Below, one piece after another: positions 30,449 to 40,080 of a stretch of DNA of 64,000 nucleotides. The notes beneath the pieces were generated by a model that saw only the letters and a program-made list of their open reading frames with translations, had not been told where the DNA came from and did not search any database. The DNA comes from an uncultured Planctomycetota bacterium. GTDB taxonomy: Bacteria; Planctomycetota; Planctomycetia; Isosphaerales; Isosphaeraceae. Location: contig CAWGMQ010000004.1 in the NCBI GenBank assembly GCA_963823665.1, positions 2,112,001 through 2,176,000 of the forward strand, in the 5' to 3' direction. Each line of letters begins with the position of its first letter. Position 1 is the first letter of the stretch. Position numbers and translations under genes: made by a program.

Positions 30449-31310
30449 TCATTGCGGCCGAACCGCCGCCGCGCTACGATGACCTATGGCCGGAGCGGTA
30501 GCCGAAATGCCTGAGCAGTTCGCGGCGCCAAGAACGCGGCAAATTCTCTTCTGAAACTGGGATCCTGAACCAGTTCAGACGAGGGCCATGCATTTCACGC
30601 CGTGTCGGAGGTCCGTTTGGAGAAGATCAAGGTACTGCTCTTCGCCGCGAATCCGCGGGGCACAGCACCGCTTGATCTGGCGCGCGAGTTCCGCGAGATC
30701 GACGAAGAAGTGCGTCTGGGCACGTTCCGGAGCGCGGTTGAGCTGATCCTCGTTCCCGGCACGCGGCCGGTTGATCTGCTGCGAAAGCTCAACGAAAACC
30801 AGCCACAGATCGTGCATTTCAGCAGTCACGGTAGTCCGGACGAGATCGTCCTCGAATCCGGGGAGCCAGAGGCCGCGGATGTGGGTTTGGGCGGCGCCAT
30901 TCTTCGTTCGGCTGATGAACGGGACATGAAGAAGGTAGGCCCGGTCGAGGTCGTCGGCTTGGGCCATGGCGAGCCTCAAGTGGTCAGCAAGTCGGCGCTT
31001 GTGAATGTGCTGCGTTCCTGCAACCAGGGTAATCTCCGGCTGGTGGTGCTGAATGCCTGCAGCACCCGGCCACAGGCCGAGGCGCTGACAGAGGTCGTTG
31101 ACTGTGTTGTAAGTATGAATCAGACCATCACGGACCGGGCAGCAATCATGTTCGCGGCCTCGTTTTATGGAGCGCTGGCATTTGGTTGCTCCGTGCAAAA
31201 GGCGTTCGAGCAGGGAGTGGCGCGGTTGGGCGCGGAGGCGATTATCGAGTGCGACACGCCTGAGCTGGTGATAAGGAGGGGAGTTGACGCCGCGCAGGTC
31301 GTGCTGGTTG
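30449..31310 (+). repeat. ~860-bp duplicated cassette (upstream region + CHAT domain), copy B
   Basis: See copy A at 26405-27266. Confidence 0.95.
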
Positions 31311-34300
31311 GACTGGCACCGAAAACGCCTGCGACCCCGGCCCCCGAGGCTTCGTTCATCGTACCATTTCCGCGGAACGGCGAGTTTGTCGGACGGGATG
31401 GCGACCTGCAGCGGCTGCATGCTCAATTGTCTGGTCCGGGATCGGGCCCGGTCGGCATCCGCCCGGCTGGTCTGACTGGGATGGGCGGCATTGGCAAGAC
31501 CCAGCTCGTGGTCGAGTACGTGTACCGACATCGGGACGATTATCCGGATGGCATCTTCTGGATCGACGCGGCCGGACCTCTGGCTGAAGGCTTTGCCAGG
31601 CTGGCGACGGATCATCGTTTGCGCTGGGCCGAGAACGAACAGCCTCGCGATGAGCAGATTCAGGCGGTGTTCAAGACGTTCGACTCCAGGCCACGAGCGC
31701 TACTGGTGCTCGACAATCTACCTGACCCGTCGGCATTAGCTGTCTCGCTTTCAACTGGCTGTGTACCGGAGGATTTGCGCTGCCGGGTGCTGTTCACAAC
31801 GCGCCGGCACGACCTGGGGCGGTTTGTGGGGATTGAAGTCACGATCCTGCCCGAGGAGCCGGCTTTGCAGCTCCTGCTTCGGCACCCCTCACGCCGCGCG
31901 GCTCTGATACCATCCCATACCGATCACGAGCACGCCCGCGCAATTGCGCGGATGCTCGGCCGCTTACCCCTGGCGCTGGAGCTGGCTGGGGCATACCTTG
32001 GCAAGTACAGCGCCGAGGTCTCGCTCGAGGACTATCGCGAGGGGCTGAAGTCCGACGGGGCTTTGGCGACGCTCAATGCCGATGCCGCCGAGTTGACCGA
32101 GGCCGACCTGAGGCGGGTGCACGACCCCGCCGTGGCGGCGACGATCGGCGAACAGTGGGCGTCATTGCGAGACGAGTCGGCCCGGCTGCTGCTACAGGTT
32201 GCAAGTCTTTTTTCGGAATCGACCGCGGTGCCGATCGTGCGACTCGGCCTGCTGGCGGGTTTCAGTGACGAGGCGCGGCCGGGACGGCGCTCGCCGCTGC
32301 GCCGTACGGCGCAGCGGCTCGATGACGCGTGTCTGATTGAGCGGTTGGAAGGGGACCAACTTCGGCTGCATCCGTTGATACGTGAGTTTGCTCGCGGTCA
32401 GATGTCTGCGGACCAGATCGACCAATTCGTGTGCGCATGCCTGGCTCGCGTGGCCACGGCAATTGAAGAGTGTAAGACGCTCGAAGCGCTGTATGCGGAG
32501 CGTGGGGTGGACTCTCTCCAGGAAGATCTGATCGCTTTCCTCGAATTGTGTAAGGTATCGGCTTCGGATCTCTTAGCCCGGCTCCAGATCGTTTTACGGC
32601 TCATGCAGCAGGAGGCTCACAACCTTCGTGGTGGCCAAGCAAAAACCAGCCCGACGTATTTTGCTCAACAGGTCCGGAACCGGGCGGTGCTTTTGAGCAT
32701 CGCCCCTCTTCGCGGAAGTGCAGAAGCACGACTCGCCGCGCTCGCCGAGCCGCACTTTGCATTGCAATGGACGGCGAGCCGTGAATCGCGAGATTTGATC
32801 CGTACACTGACCGGCCACGGAGACTGGGTCAGCGCAGTGGCGGTGAGCCGCGACTCCCGTCACGCCTTCTCTGGTTCTGGAGACCGCACGCTGAGGTTGT
32901 GGAATCTGCGAACGGGTCAACTCCTGCGCACATTCACGGGACACGAGCATACCGTGAAGGCTGTGGCGGTGAGCCCAGATGGCCGACAAGTTCTATCAGG
33001 TTCGCACGACTGCACGCTGAGACTTTGGGATGTGGAAACCGGTGGTCTTCTCAACACTTTCACAGGCCACGCGGGCATGGTGTTCGCGCTGGCGATGAGC
33101 CCCGACGGTCAACAGGCCGTCTCAGGCTCGCGCGATTGCACGCTCAGGCTCTGGGACCTGCAGACTGGCCAGCTCTTGCGCACCTGCGTGGGCCATGAAG
33201 ACGGGGTATGCGCGGTTGCGATTTGCCCAGACGGACGCCGTGCCTTTTCCGGTTCGCGCGATCGCACAGTGAGGCTGTGGGACCTTCAGACGGGTCGGCT
33301 CCTCCGTACCCTCACGGGCCATGACGATATGGTCTTCGCCGTGGCGGTTAGCCCCGATAGCCGGCACGGCCTCTCGGGCTCCGAGGATCGCACACTGAGG
33401 CTTTGGGACCTGCAAACCGGCCAGCTCCTTCGCACATTCGCTGGCCACGAAGGCGGAATAAATGCAGTGGCGATGAGCGCTGACGGCCGCCACGGCCTCT
33501 CGGGCTCCGAGGACCGCACACTGAGGCTTTGGGACCTACAAACCGGGCGGTTCCTTCGCACATTCGCCGGCCATGAGCATGGGGTGGGTGCAGTGGCGAT
33601 CGCTCCTGACGGGCGACATGTTCTCTCGGGGTCTGATGACCGCACCGTCAAGCTCTGGGATCTCGTGGCCGGCCACTCTCCACCGATCACCAATGGACAC
33701 GCCAGCGCTGTGAGCGTGGTGGCGATGAATCTGAATACTCGCCAGGCTCTCTCCGGCTCGCGCGATTGCACGCTTCGACTCTGGGACATGCGAACCGGCC
33801 TGCTCGTGCATTCGTTCAGCGGGCACGAGAGCGAAGTGAATGTAGTGACGATCTCGCCTGACGGACGTCATGCCCTATCCGGCTCCTACGACCGCACCCT
33901 CAAGCTCTGGGATCTGCGGACTGGCCAACTCGTCCGCACATTCGCAAGCCGCGAGGGTTCGTATGGTGTGATAGCGGCAAGCCCCGACGAACGCGATGCT
34001 CGCTCCGGTTCCCTGCACCACACCCTGAATTTTTGGGACCGTCGATACGGACGGTTAATGCGGACAATTCACCGCACGCTAAAGCTATCGGCGCTTCGGG
34101 CACTGCAACAATGGGTCCTCTTATTGAACCATTCGCAGTGGGTAAATGCCGTGGCTACAACTTCCAACGGCCGCTGCGCCCTCACGGGTGCGCAGGACGG
34201 CACACTCAAACTCTGGGATTTGCGGACCGGTTATCTCATTCGCTCTTTCGTCGGCCACACGAATGCTATTGCTACGGTGGTGGCGGCATCCGATGACCAC

Positions 34301-34687
34301 TTTCCTCCTTCTGGCTCCGAGGGCCACACGAATGCTATTGCCACGGTGGTGGTGGCATCCGATGACCACTTTGCTCTTTCTGGCTCCGAGGACCACACGC
34401 TCCGGCTCTGGGACCTCGTGACCGGCCAGCTCCTGCACACCTTTACTGGGCACACGGGCCCGGTGAGCGCTGTCGCGCTAACCTCGGACGGGCGTCATGC
34501 GGTTTCAGGCGCGCGCGACCGCACGCTTCGGCTCTGGGATCTAGAAATGCGAGTCTGCCGAGCCATTGTACCGCTTGAAGGTGCGCCTGCGTCGGTCGCG
34601 CTCGGGTCCGACGGCCAAACCATAGTCGTCGGTGATAGAATTGGGAATGTGCATTGCTTCCATATCTTGAGTCTTGGCGAGGGCTGA
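30617..34687 (+). CDS. CHAT - NB-ARC (STAND) - WD40 NLR-like protein
   Basis: CHAT nearly identical to the 26573 gene; VPFPRNGEFVGR, Walker A GMGGIGKT, Walker B LLVLDN, TTR, LPLAL, LHPL; about 14 GH...WD repeats; TTG start inferred by homology with 26573. Confidence 0.93.
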   Translation: MEKIKVLLFAANPRGTAPLDLAREFREIDEEVRLGTFRSAVELILVPGTRPVDLLRKLNENQPQIVHFSSHGSPDEIVLESGEPEAADVGLGGAILRSADERDMKKVGPVEVVGLGHGEPQVVSKSALVNVLRSCNQGNLRLVVLNACSTRPQAEALTEVVDCVVSMNQTITDRAAIMFAASFYGALAFGCSVQKAFEQGVARLGAEAIIECDTPELVIRRGVDAAQVVLVGLAPKTPATPAPEASFIVPFPRNGEFVGRDGDLQRLHAQLSGPGSGPVGIRPAGLTGMGGIGKTQLVVEYVYRHRDDYPDGIFWIDAAGPLAEGFARLATDHRLRWAENEQPRDEQIQAVFKTFDSRPRALLVLDNLPDPSALAVSLSTGCVPEDLRCRVLFTTRRHDLGRFVGIEVTILPEEPALQLLLRHPSRRAALIPSHTDHEHARAIARMLGRLPLALELAGAYLGKYSAEVSLEDYREGLKSDGALATLNADAAELTEADLRRVHDPAVAATIGEQWASLRDESARLLLQVASLFSESTAVPIVRLGLLAGFSDEARPGRRSPLRRTAQRLDDACLIERLEGDQLRLHPLIREFARGQMSADQIDQFVCACLARVATAIEECKTLEALYAERGVDSLQEDLIAFLELCKVSASDLLARLQIVLRLMQQEAHNLRGGQAKTSPTYFAQQVRNRAVLLSIAPLRGSAEARLAALAEPHFALQWTASRESRDLIRTLTGHGDWVSAVAVSRDSRHAFSGSGDRTLRLWNLRTGQLLRTFTGHEHTVKAVAVSPDGRQVLSGSHDCTLRLWDVETGGLLNTFTGHAGMVFALAMSPDGQQAVSGSRDCTLRLWDLQTGQLLRTCVGHEDGVCAVAICPDGRRAFSGSRDRTVRLWDLQTGRLLRTLTGHDDMVFAVAVSPDSRHGLSGSEDRTLRLWDLQTGQLLRTFAGHEGGINAVAMSADGRHGLSGSEDRTLRLWDLQTGRFLRTFAGHEHGVGAVAIAPDGRHVLSGSDDRTVKLWDLVAGHSPPITNGHASAVSVVAMNLNTRQALSGSRDCTLRLWDMRTGLLVHSFSGHESEVNVVTISPDGRHALSGSYDRTLKLWDLRTGQLVRTFASREGSYGVIAASPDERDARSGSLHHTLNFWDRRYGRLMRTIHRTLKLSALRALQQWVLLLNHSQWVNAVATTSNGRCALTGAQDGTLKLWDLRTGYLIRSFVGHTNAIATVVAASDDHFPPSGSEGHTNAIATVVVASDDHFALSGSEDHTLRLWDLVTGQLLHTFTGHTGPVSAVALTSDGRHAVSGARDRTLRLWDLEMRVCRAIVPLEGAPASVALGSDGQTIVVGDRIGNVHCFHILSLGEG
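34253..34390 (+). repeat. 69-bp in-frame tandem duplication inside a WD40 blade
   Basis: GHTNAIATVVAASDDHFPPSGSE followed by GHTNAIATVVVASDDHFALSGSE. Confidence 0.9.
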
Positions 34688-34690
34688 TCG

Positions 34691-37600
34691 ATGGAGGCTG
34701 CAACGGGCGAACGCGCCGGGGCAGCGGTCTTGATCGGGATCGGCGACTATTTGCTTGGAAAGCAGGTCTGGCCGCTGCGTTATGCTCGCGCGATGCAGAG
34801 GCGATGGCGGCTGTCCTCTCCGATCCCGATGTCTGCGGATTTCCTGCGCACAAGGTCAAGCTCCTCACCGATCAATCGGCCTCCCGCGACACGGTTGCCC
34901 ACCACCTTTCGAAGTGGCTACCCGAGCAAGCTCGCGGGGCAGAAATTGCGGTCATCTACTTTGCTGGCCACGGGATGATTCACCGGATCGGGCAGCGGGA
35001 GGAGGGCTATCTGCTCCCCTACGATGCCGATCCCGACGATCTGGAGACGCATGGCGTGCTCATGACCGATCTGGCCCGGTGGATCGAGGCGATTGATGCC
35101 GGGACGGTTATCGTCTGCCTTGACTGCTGTCATGCGGCAAAGGTCCTTCCGCGCGGGGTAGCTTCGGCACCGGCGACTGGGCGCAATATGCGGATCAGGC
35201 CGGCAATGCTCCAAGAATTGACGGGCCGAGGACGATACTTGATCGCGTCGTGCGACGATGGCCAGGTCTCACTCGAGTCGGACACGTGGGGGCATGGGCT
35301 TTTTACCTATCATCTTCTCGACGGCATCGGAGGCGCGGGCGATCGAGACGGTGATGGACGGATCGGCGTCGCCGAACTGTTCGAGCACGTGGCCGAGGCG
35401 GTGGAACGTGATTCCCGCGCGCTCGGGACGATCCAGAAGCCGTGGAGCTGCTCAATTGGATCTGGCGGCGTCTATCTGTCCGCTCCGCGTCGGAAGGGCG
35501 ATGCAGGGCGATCAAAACCCGCTCGGGCAATGTCTGTTACCGCCGCCGAGCGTCTATGCCGCGAGCAGGGTGCAGCGGCCACCATCGGCGAAATTGAGCG
35601 AACAATTGACTGGGCGGATGTCGGCCAGCTCGGGCTGATTGTTGACCTGCTGAGAGTGATTGAACACCCGGCGGCGATTCCTCTGCTATTCCGATGTCTG
35701 GCGCACGCGCGGGAGGAAGTCCGCACTCGGGCCAAGACGGTCGTGCGTACGATCGGCTGGGAGAAGGTGGCGGCTTTCATCGAAGTTCTCGCTCGGTGTG
35801 GCGACGACGAACAGTTTGGTGCGGTGCTCGATGGATTGGCCGCGTTCGAGGCTCACCGCGAGATCGTCACGTTGCTCGACCGGCTGGTGACCATGCTCAA
35901 AGGCGACCAGCGTAACCGGACAATCTTTCTGCTGGAGCGGAAGCACCAGTCCCTGGACCTCGAGCGCATAACGGAATTGTTTCGCGAGTCGCAAAGCCCT
36001 TACCAGATCCAGAAGGTTTTGGGCCAGGGGCTTTGTACGGCGGCTTACCTTGCGCGCGACGAGTCCAGCGAACTCGAGGTCGTGGTCCGCGTACTTCGCC
36101 CCGAACTGGCGAGCTCGCCGCAGATTCGGGCGCAGTTTCTGGACCTCTCGCGGCGGTCGCTCAAGCTCGTTCATGAGAACTTGGTTCTGACCCGGGAGGT
36201 CAAGGCTTATTCCGACCGACACATCTACTTCGCGGTGCGGGACTTTGTGGATGGAGTCACACTCCAGAAGCTGCTTGAATCGGGCCGCGCCTTCTCTCCG
36301 GATCAGATCATCAAGATTCTCCGGCAGGTTCTCCGAGCGCTCGTGCCGCTGCATGCCAAGGGGATTTTGCATGGGTCGATCAAGCCGTCCAACCTCTTTC
36401 TGTGCGGTGAGGATCGGGTGATCCTGGGGGATCTCGCCTTGCCGTTGCGTGGGTTTAGCGTGCAGCTCGACCGACTGTCGTACGATTACCGCTATGCGCC
36501 TCCGGAGATGTTTCGCGAGGACGGCGCACTCGGCCCCTGGTCAGACTTTTACGCCGTGGGCTGCGTGGGGTACGAGCTGGCGTGCGGAGCACCTCCGTTC
36601 GTATCTGACAATTATATCGAGCTGGCCGGGCGGCACGTCGGCGAGACAGCCGGCCCGCCCAGCGGGCGCGGTAGCAGGCTGGGCGCGGCCGGCGATGCCG
36701 TGCTCCTTCGTTTTCTGGCCAAGTCAACATCGGATCGACCGCAGATCCTGGGTGAGGCCCTTGAGTCCATCGACGAGCTGCATTCCGCTCTGTTCCCGAG
36801 GATGCAACCGAAATCTCCACCGGCACCGATTTTGGCGGACGCATCGCTGATTCGATATGTGACTGATGATGCTTTGTCTCTGGTTTCCTTCGCGTTTGAC
36901 GCGAGATCGGTTGAGGACACTACCACAAGCCGAATCACAGGAGTGACCGCGACGGGGACGGAACACACCCTTGCATTCGCGATTGATCCCGATGAGGAGA
37001 AATTAGCGCATCGATTCAAGGCAGACGGTTCTCGGATCGGAAGATACACAATCATCAAGGAGATCGGCAGAGGAGGTCTGGGAGCGGTGTATCTTGCGCA
37101 TGACGAACGTCTCCAACGGAACGTGGCCATCAAAGTCGTCGCTCGGGCGTACCACAGTGATTCCAGTTGGCGGAGTCGGTTCGAACGCGAAGCCACGCTG
37201 ATGGCCCGACTTGATCACCCGAGCATCGTCAGAATTCTTGACATGGGTGAGGAGGATGGCTCGTTTTACACCGTTCTCGAGCTCGTCTCGGGTGGGGACC
37301 TTGGGCACCAACTTCGGGATCGAGCCTGGCTGCCGGAGGAGGCAGCTCGGCTTATGGCAACGCTGGCGCGGGCAGTGGACAGTGTGCATTCTCATGGCGT
37401 CATCCATCGCGACCTGAAGCCTTCCAATATTTTGTTTGATATATCCGGAACGCCCAAGATCACCGACTTCGGTCTGGCCAAGCTGATCGGCGAACAGCAA
37501 GAGGATGCTGCGGAAACGACGGAAGGGATGGTCATGGGAACGCTAGCGTACATGTCGCCGGAGCAAGCCAGTGGAGAGATCGGCAGAATTGGTCCGGCAA

Positions 37601-37947
37601 CCGATATCCACGCTCTGGGAGTGATCCTCTATGAGCTGCTCGCCGGCCGTAGGCCATTCAAGAGTGGCACATCCTCGGAAATGCTGATGCAAGTGCGGGA
37701 ATACAAGCCCGAGCCACCGAGTCGGTGGCGTTCCGAAGTACCGCGCGACCTGGACGCGATCTGCCTCAAGTGCCTCGACAAAGAACCGGAACGACGATAC
37801 TCCACCGCGGCGGCCCTGGCCGACGATCTCGAGCGATTCATCGACGGGCAACCGATCATGGCGGGGCCACGTCCTGTTTGGGAGCGTCTGCTCCGTTCGT
37901 TCTGGCCCAGGAAGTCGCCGGGAGGCCAGGCTCGCCCTGAGAAATGA
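34691..37947 (+). CDS. caspase-like (peptidase C14) - HEAT-like - pseudokinase - Ser/Thr kinase (frameshift near 34786)
   Basis: ATG 34691 gives AVLIGIGDY..PLRYA, which continues in another frame as RDAEAMAAVL; YFAGHG and LDCCH dyad; HGLFTY; kinase 1 degenerate (HGSIKPSN, GDLA); kinase 2 intact (GRGGLG, VAIK, HRDLKPSN, DFG, SPE). Confidence 0.88.
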
Positions 37948-38067
37948 ACACATCTTAGCAGAAGGTCGAACCCGAAGGCCCGCTCGCCGACATAGACCTG
38001 CCCTATACTGTTGCGCAGGGCGACGGAGTGGAGTGATCCGCGCCGATCACGCCGCAGCCGACCAAGT

Positions 38068-38096
38068 CGTCTGAGAATCTCCGGGCTCGTCCCTAT
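38068..38096 (+). promoter_or_regulatory. candidate ECF promoter, copy 4 (CGTCTGAGaatctccgggctcgtCCCTAT)
   Basis: Same spacing as the copy upstream of the sigma gene; ~130 bp upstream of ATG 38229. Confidence 0.62.
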
Positions 38097-38228
38097 GTGT
38101 TTATGGGGGAAGTGGAGGCCAGATCCGGCAGTTCGGGTCGCTGTCCTCCGAATCGTCGGCGAGGTGAGGTCGTGCGCGTCACGGCTCAAACTGTCGGCCC
38201 CCGGAACCAAATCCAAGGAGAGACTCTC

Positions 38229-38630
38229 ATGCGCATCGCTCATGTCACAACGGATGAAGTCAATCAGGCACTGGCAGTTCACGCAGCGAAGTCACTTGGT
38301 GCCGACGTTACCCCGCTCGCTCCAGAGGACGTCGCAACCCGAATGCTGTTCGACGCGGTTCTCTACGATCTCGACCGCGTGTCGCCGAGCCGGCGACAGA
38401 CACTGCTCGCTGAGATTCGCTCGGAAAAGACTGGAGTCCCGATCGCCGTTTACGGCTATTGCCTCTCGGAGGATCAGGCGGGCAAGCTCCGATTCCACGG
38501 CGTCGCCGTGGCGCAACGGCTTCATGCCACGCTGATCCGAACCCTGGTGAATGCGGTCCGTCAGAACCTCGCCGCCGTGCCACCGGACGACGCGATCACG
38601 GACTTGACCTGGGTCAATGTCAACGCGTAA
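38229..38630 (+). CDS. 133-aa hypothetical protein, possibly a degenerate receiver-like fold
   Basis: AAGGAG RBS; MRIAHVTTDEVN...FDAVLYDLD...PIAVYGY resembles the beta1/beta3/beta4 pattern of REC domains. Confidence 0.7.
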   Translation: MRIAHVTTDEVNQALAVHAAKSLGADVTPLAPEDVATRMLFDAVLYDLDRVSPSRRQTLLAEIRSEKTGVPIAVYGYCLSEDQAGKLRFHGVAVAQRLHATLIRTLVNAVRQNLAAVPPDDAITDLTWVNVNA

Positions 38631-38651
38631 CCCGCGTCGGGACCACGTTTT

Positions 38652-39761
38652 TCAGGGTTCAATCCTGACGATCCGGTTATTGCTGCTGTCGGCGATGTAG
38701 AGAAATCCATCCGGGCCGACCGTGACGCCGTGTGGCTGAGCCAGCTCGGCGTCGCGTGCCGGTCCGCCTATCCCGGCTGTTCCCTTACGGCCCGTGCCCG
38801 CGATTGATGTAATCGTTTTGCTCTGCGGATCATAAACGCGGATGCGGTGGTTCTCGGTATCGGCGATGATGACGCTTCCCCGAGGGGAGATACAGAGGTG
38901 TTTCGGGCCGTTCAGGCGCGCCAGGCGGGCGTCGCCGCCATCGCCCGAGTCACCGGGCTGACTGGTGCCGGCCAAAGTGCGGATCTTTCCGGATCGGTCC
39001 ACGACTCGCAGCGCATGGCCCGAGCGTTCCAGGATATAGAGGTTACCGCTGCCGTCGACCGCCACGGCTCTGGGATCGACAAGGGGTGCTGACCGGCCGT
39101 CGCTGCCATTCGAAGGCACACCCTTCTTGCCGTTTCCGGCCACGGTTGAGACCAGTTCTGTTTTCAGGTCGATCTGTCTGATCCGGCGGTTGTCGAGATC
39201 GGCCAAGGCGAGGGTTTGATTCGCCTCATCGAGCGCCAGGCAGTAGACGCCGCCAAACTCCGCCTGGATTGCCGGGCCACCGTCGCCCGAGAAGCCTTTT
39301 TTCCCGGTGCCGGCGAAGTTTGTGATCAGGCCGGACTGGGCGTCGATCTTGCGAATACGGTTGTTCCAGGTATCGGCGACGAAGATGTCGCCGTTCTTTG
39401 CAACAGCGAGGCTATGCGGGCCGTTGAGCTCGGCTTTGGCGGCAGGGCCCTGGTCGCCGCCGTTTCCCTCATGGCCAGAACCAGCCAGCGTGATAATGTG
39501 ACCATCCCGTCCGAGTTTTCGGAGGCGATGAGTGGTCATCTCGACAAAGAACAGCGTGCGCTGGGCGTCGAAGCCGATGCCGAAGGGGCTGACGAGGCTG
39601 GGCTCGGGCGTGGCGCTATCGCCGATGGTCTTACCGCCGGCAACGAGGGTGAGACGGTCTTCGGGCGGGCCGGGTTTGCCGAGGTGCATGCCGACGGGAT
39701 CGGAAAACTTATCGACGAATCCAAACACCAAGAGAACGATAAGAAGGCAGCTACTCTTCAT
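38652..39761 (-). CDS. secreted NHL-repeat beta-propeller protein
   Basis: Signal peptide; repeated AGTGxxGxSGDGGPA..A.L..P....IADT.N.RIR; GAGGAG RBS. Confidence 0.9.
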   Translation of the reverse strand: MKSSCLLIVLLVFGFVDKFSDPVGMHLGKPGPPEDRLTLVAGGKTIGDSATPEPSLVSPFGIGFDAQRTLFFVEMTTHRLRKLGRDGHIITLAGSGHEGNGGDQGPAAKAELNGPHSLAVAKNGDIFVADTWNNRIRKIDAQSGLITNFAGTGKKGFSGDGGPAIQAEFGGVYCLALDEANQTLALADLDNRRIRQIDLKTELVSTVAGNGKKGVPSNGSDGRSAPLVDPRAVAVDGSGNLYILERSGHALRVVDRSGKIRTLAGTSQPGDSGDGGDARLARLNGPKHLCISPRGSVIIADTENHRIRVYDPQSKTITSIAGTGRKGTAGIGGPARDAELAQPHGVTVGPDGFLYIADSSNNRIVRIEP

Positions 39762-39986
39762 GGTCGCCGGTCTCCTCAATGGAGTTCGATCAGATTTTAA
39801 TCGCCTTGATCGCCTTAAAACCAATCTGCTCGATAACGTGATCTATCGTACAACGGATCGACGTGAAACGTAGATGAGCGACCGTGCATCGTTGACACGT
39901 TTTCGCTCTTGCTCGACACTGGCGAGGAAAGCCGCCTGGCACAGGCAACTTTGGAATCGCCGGCTGAACCACGGAAGCCAAACCTC

Positions 39987-40080
39987 ATGATCGGCAATAC
40001 GGTTGGCCACTACCGCATCACCGCCAGGCTGGTCGCGGGCGGGATGGGGGAGGTGTTCCTGGCGGAAGACACACGGCTCA
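39987..40080 (+). pseudogene. 5' fragment of a Ser/Thr kinase gene
   Basis: MIGNTVGHYRITARLVAGGMGEVFLAEDTRL, then an abrupt switch to unrelated sequence. Confidence 0.8.

Noticed and set aside
34654..34786. ORF-track N-terminus of the caspase-kinase (MLPYLESW...)
   Set aside because: The caspase beta1 motif AVLIGIGDY is in the frame starting at 34691; the track start results from a frameshift.
38207..38216. CCAAATCCAA shared with the 143-bp repeat copies (16092, 22811)
   Set aside because: Only 10 bp with no flanking similarity; cannot be distinguished from chance.
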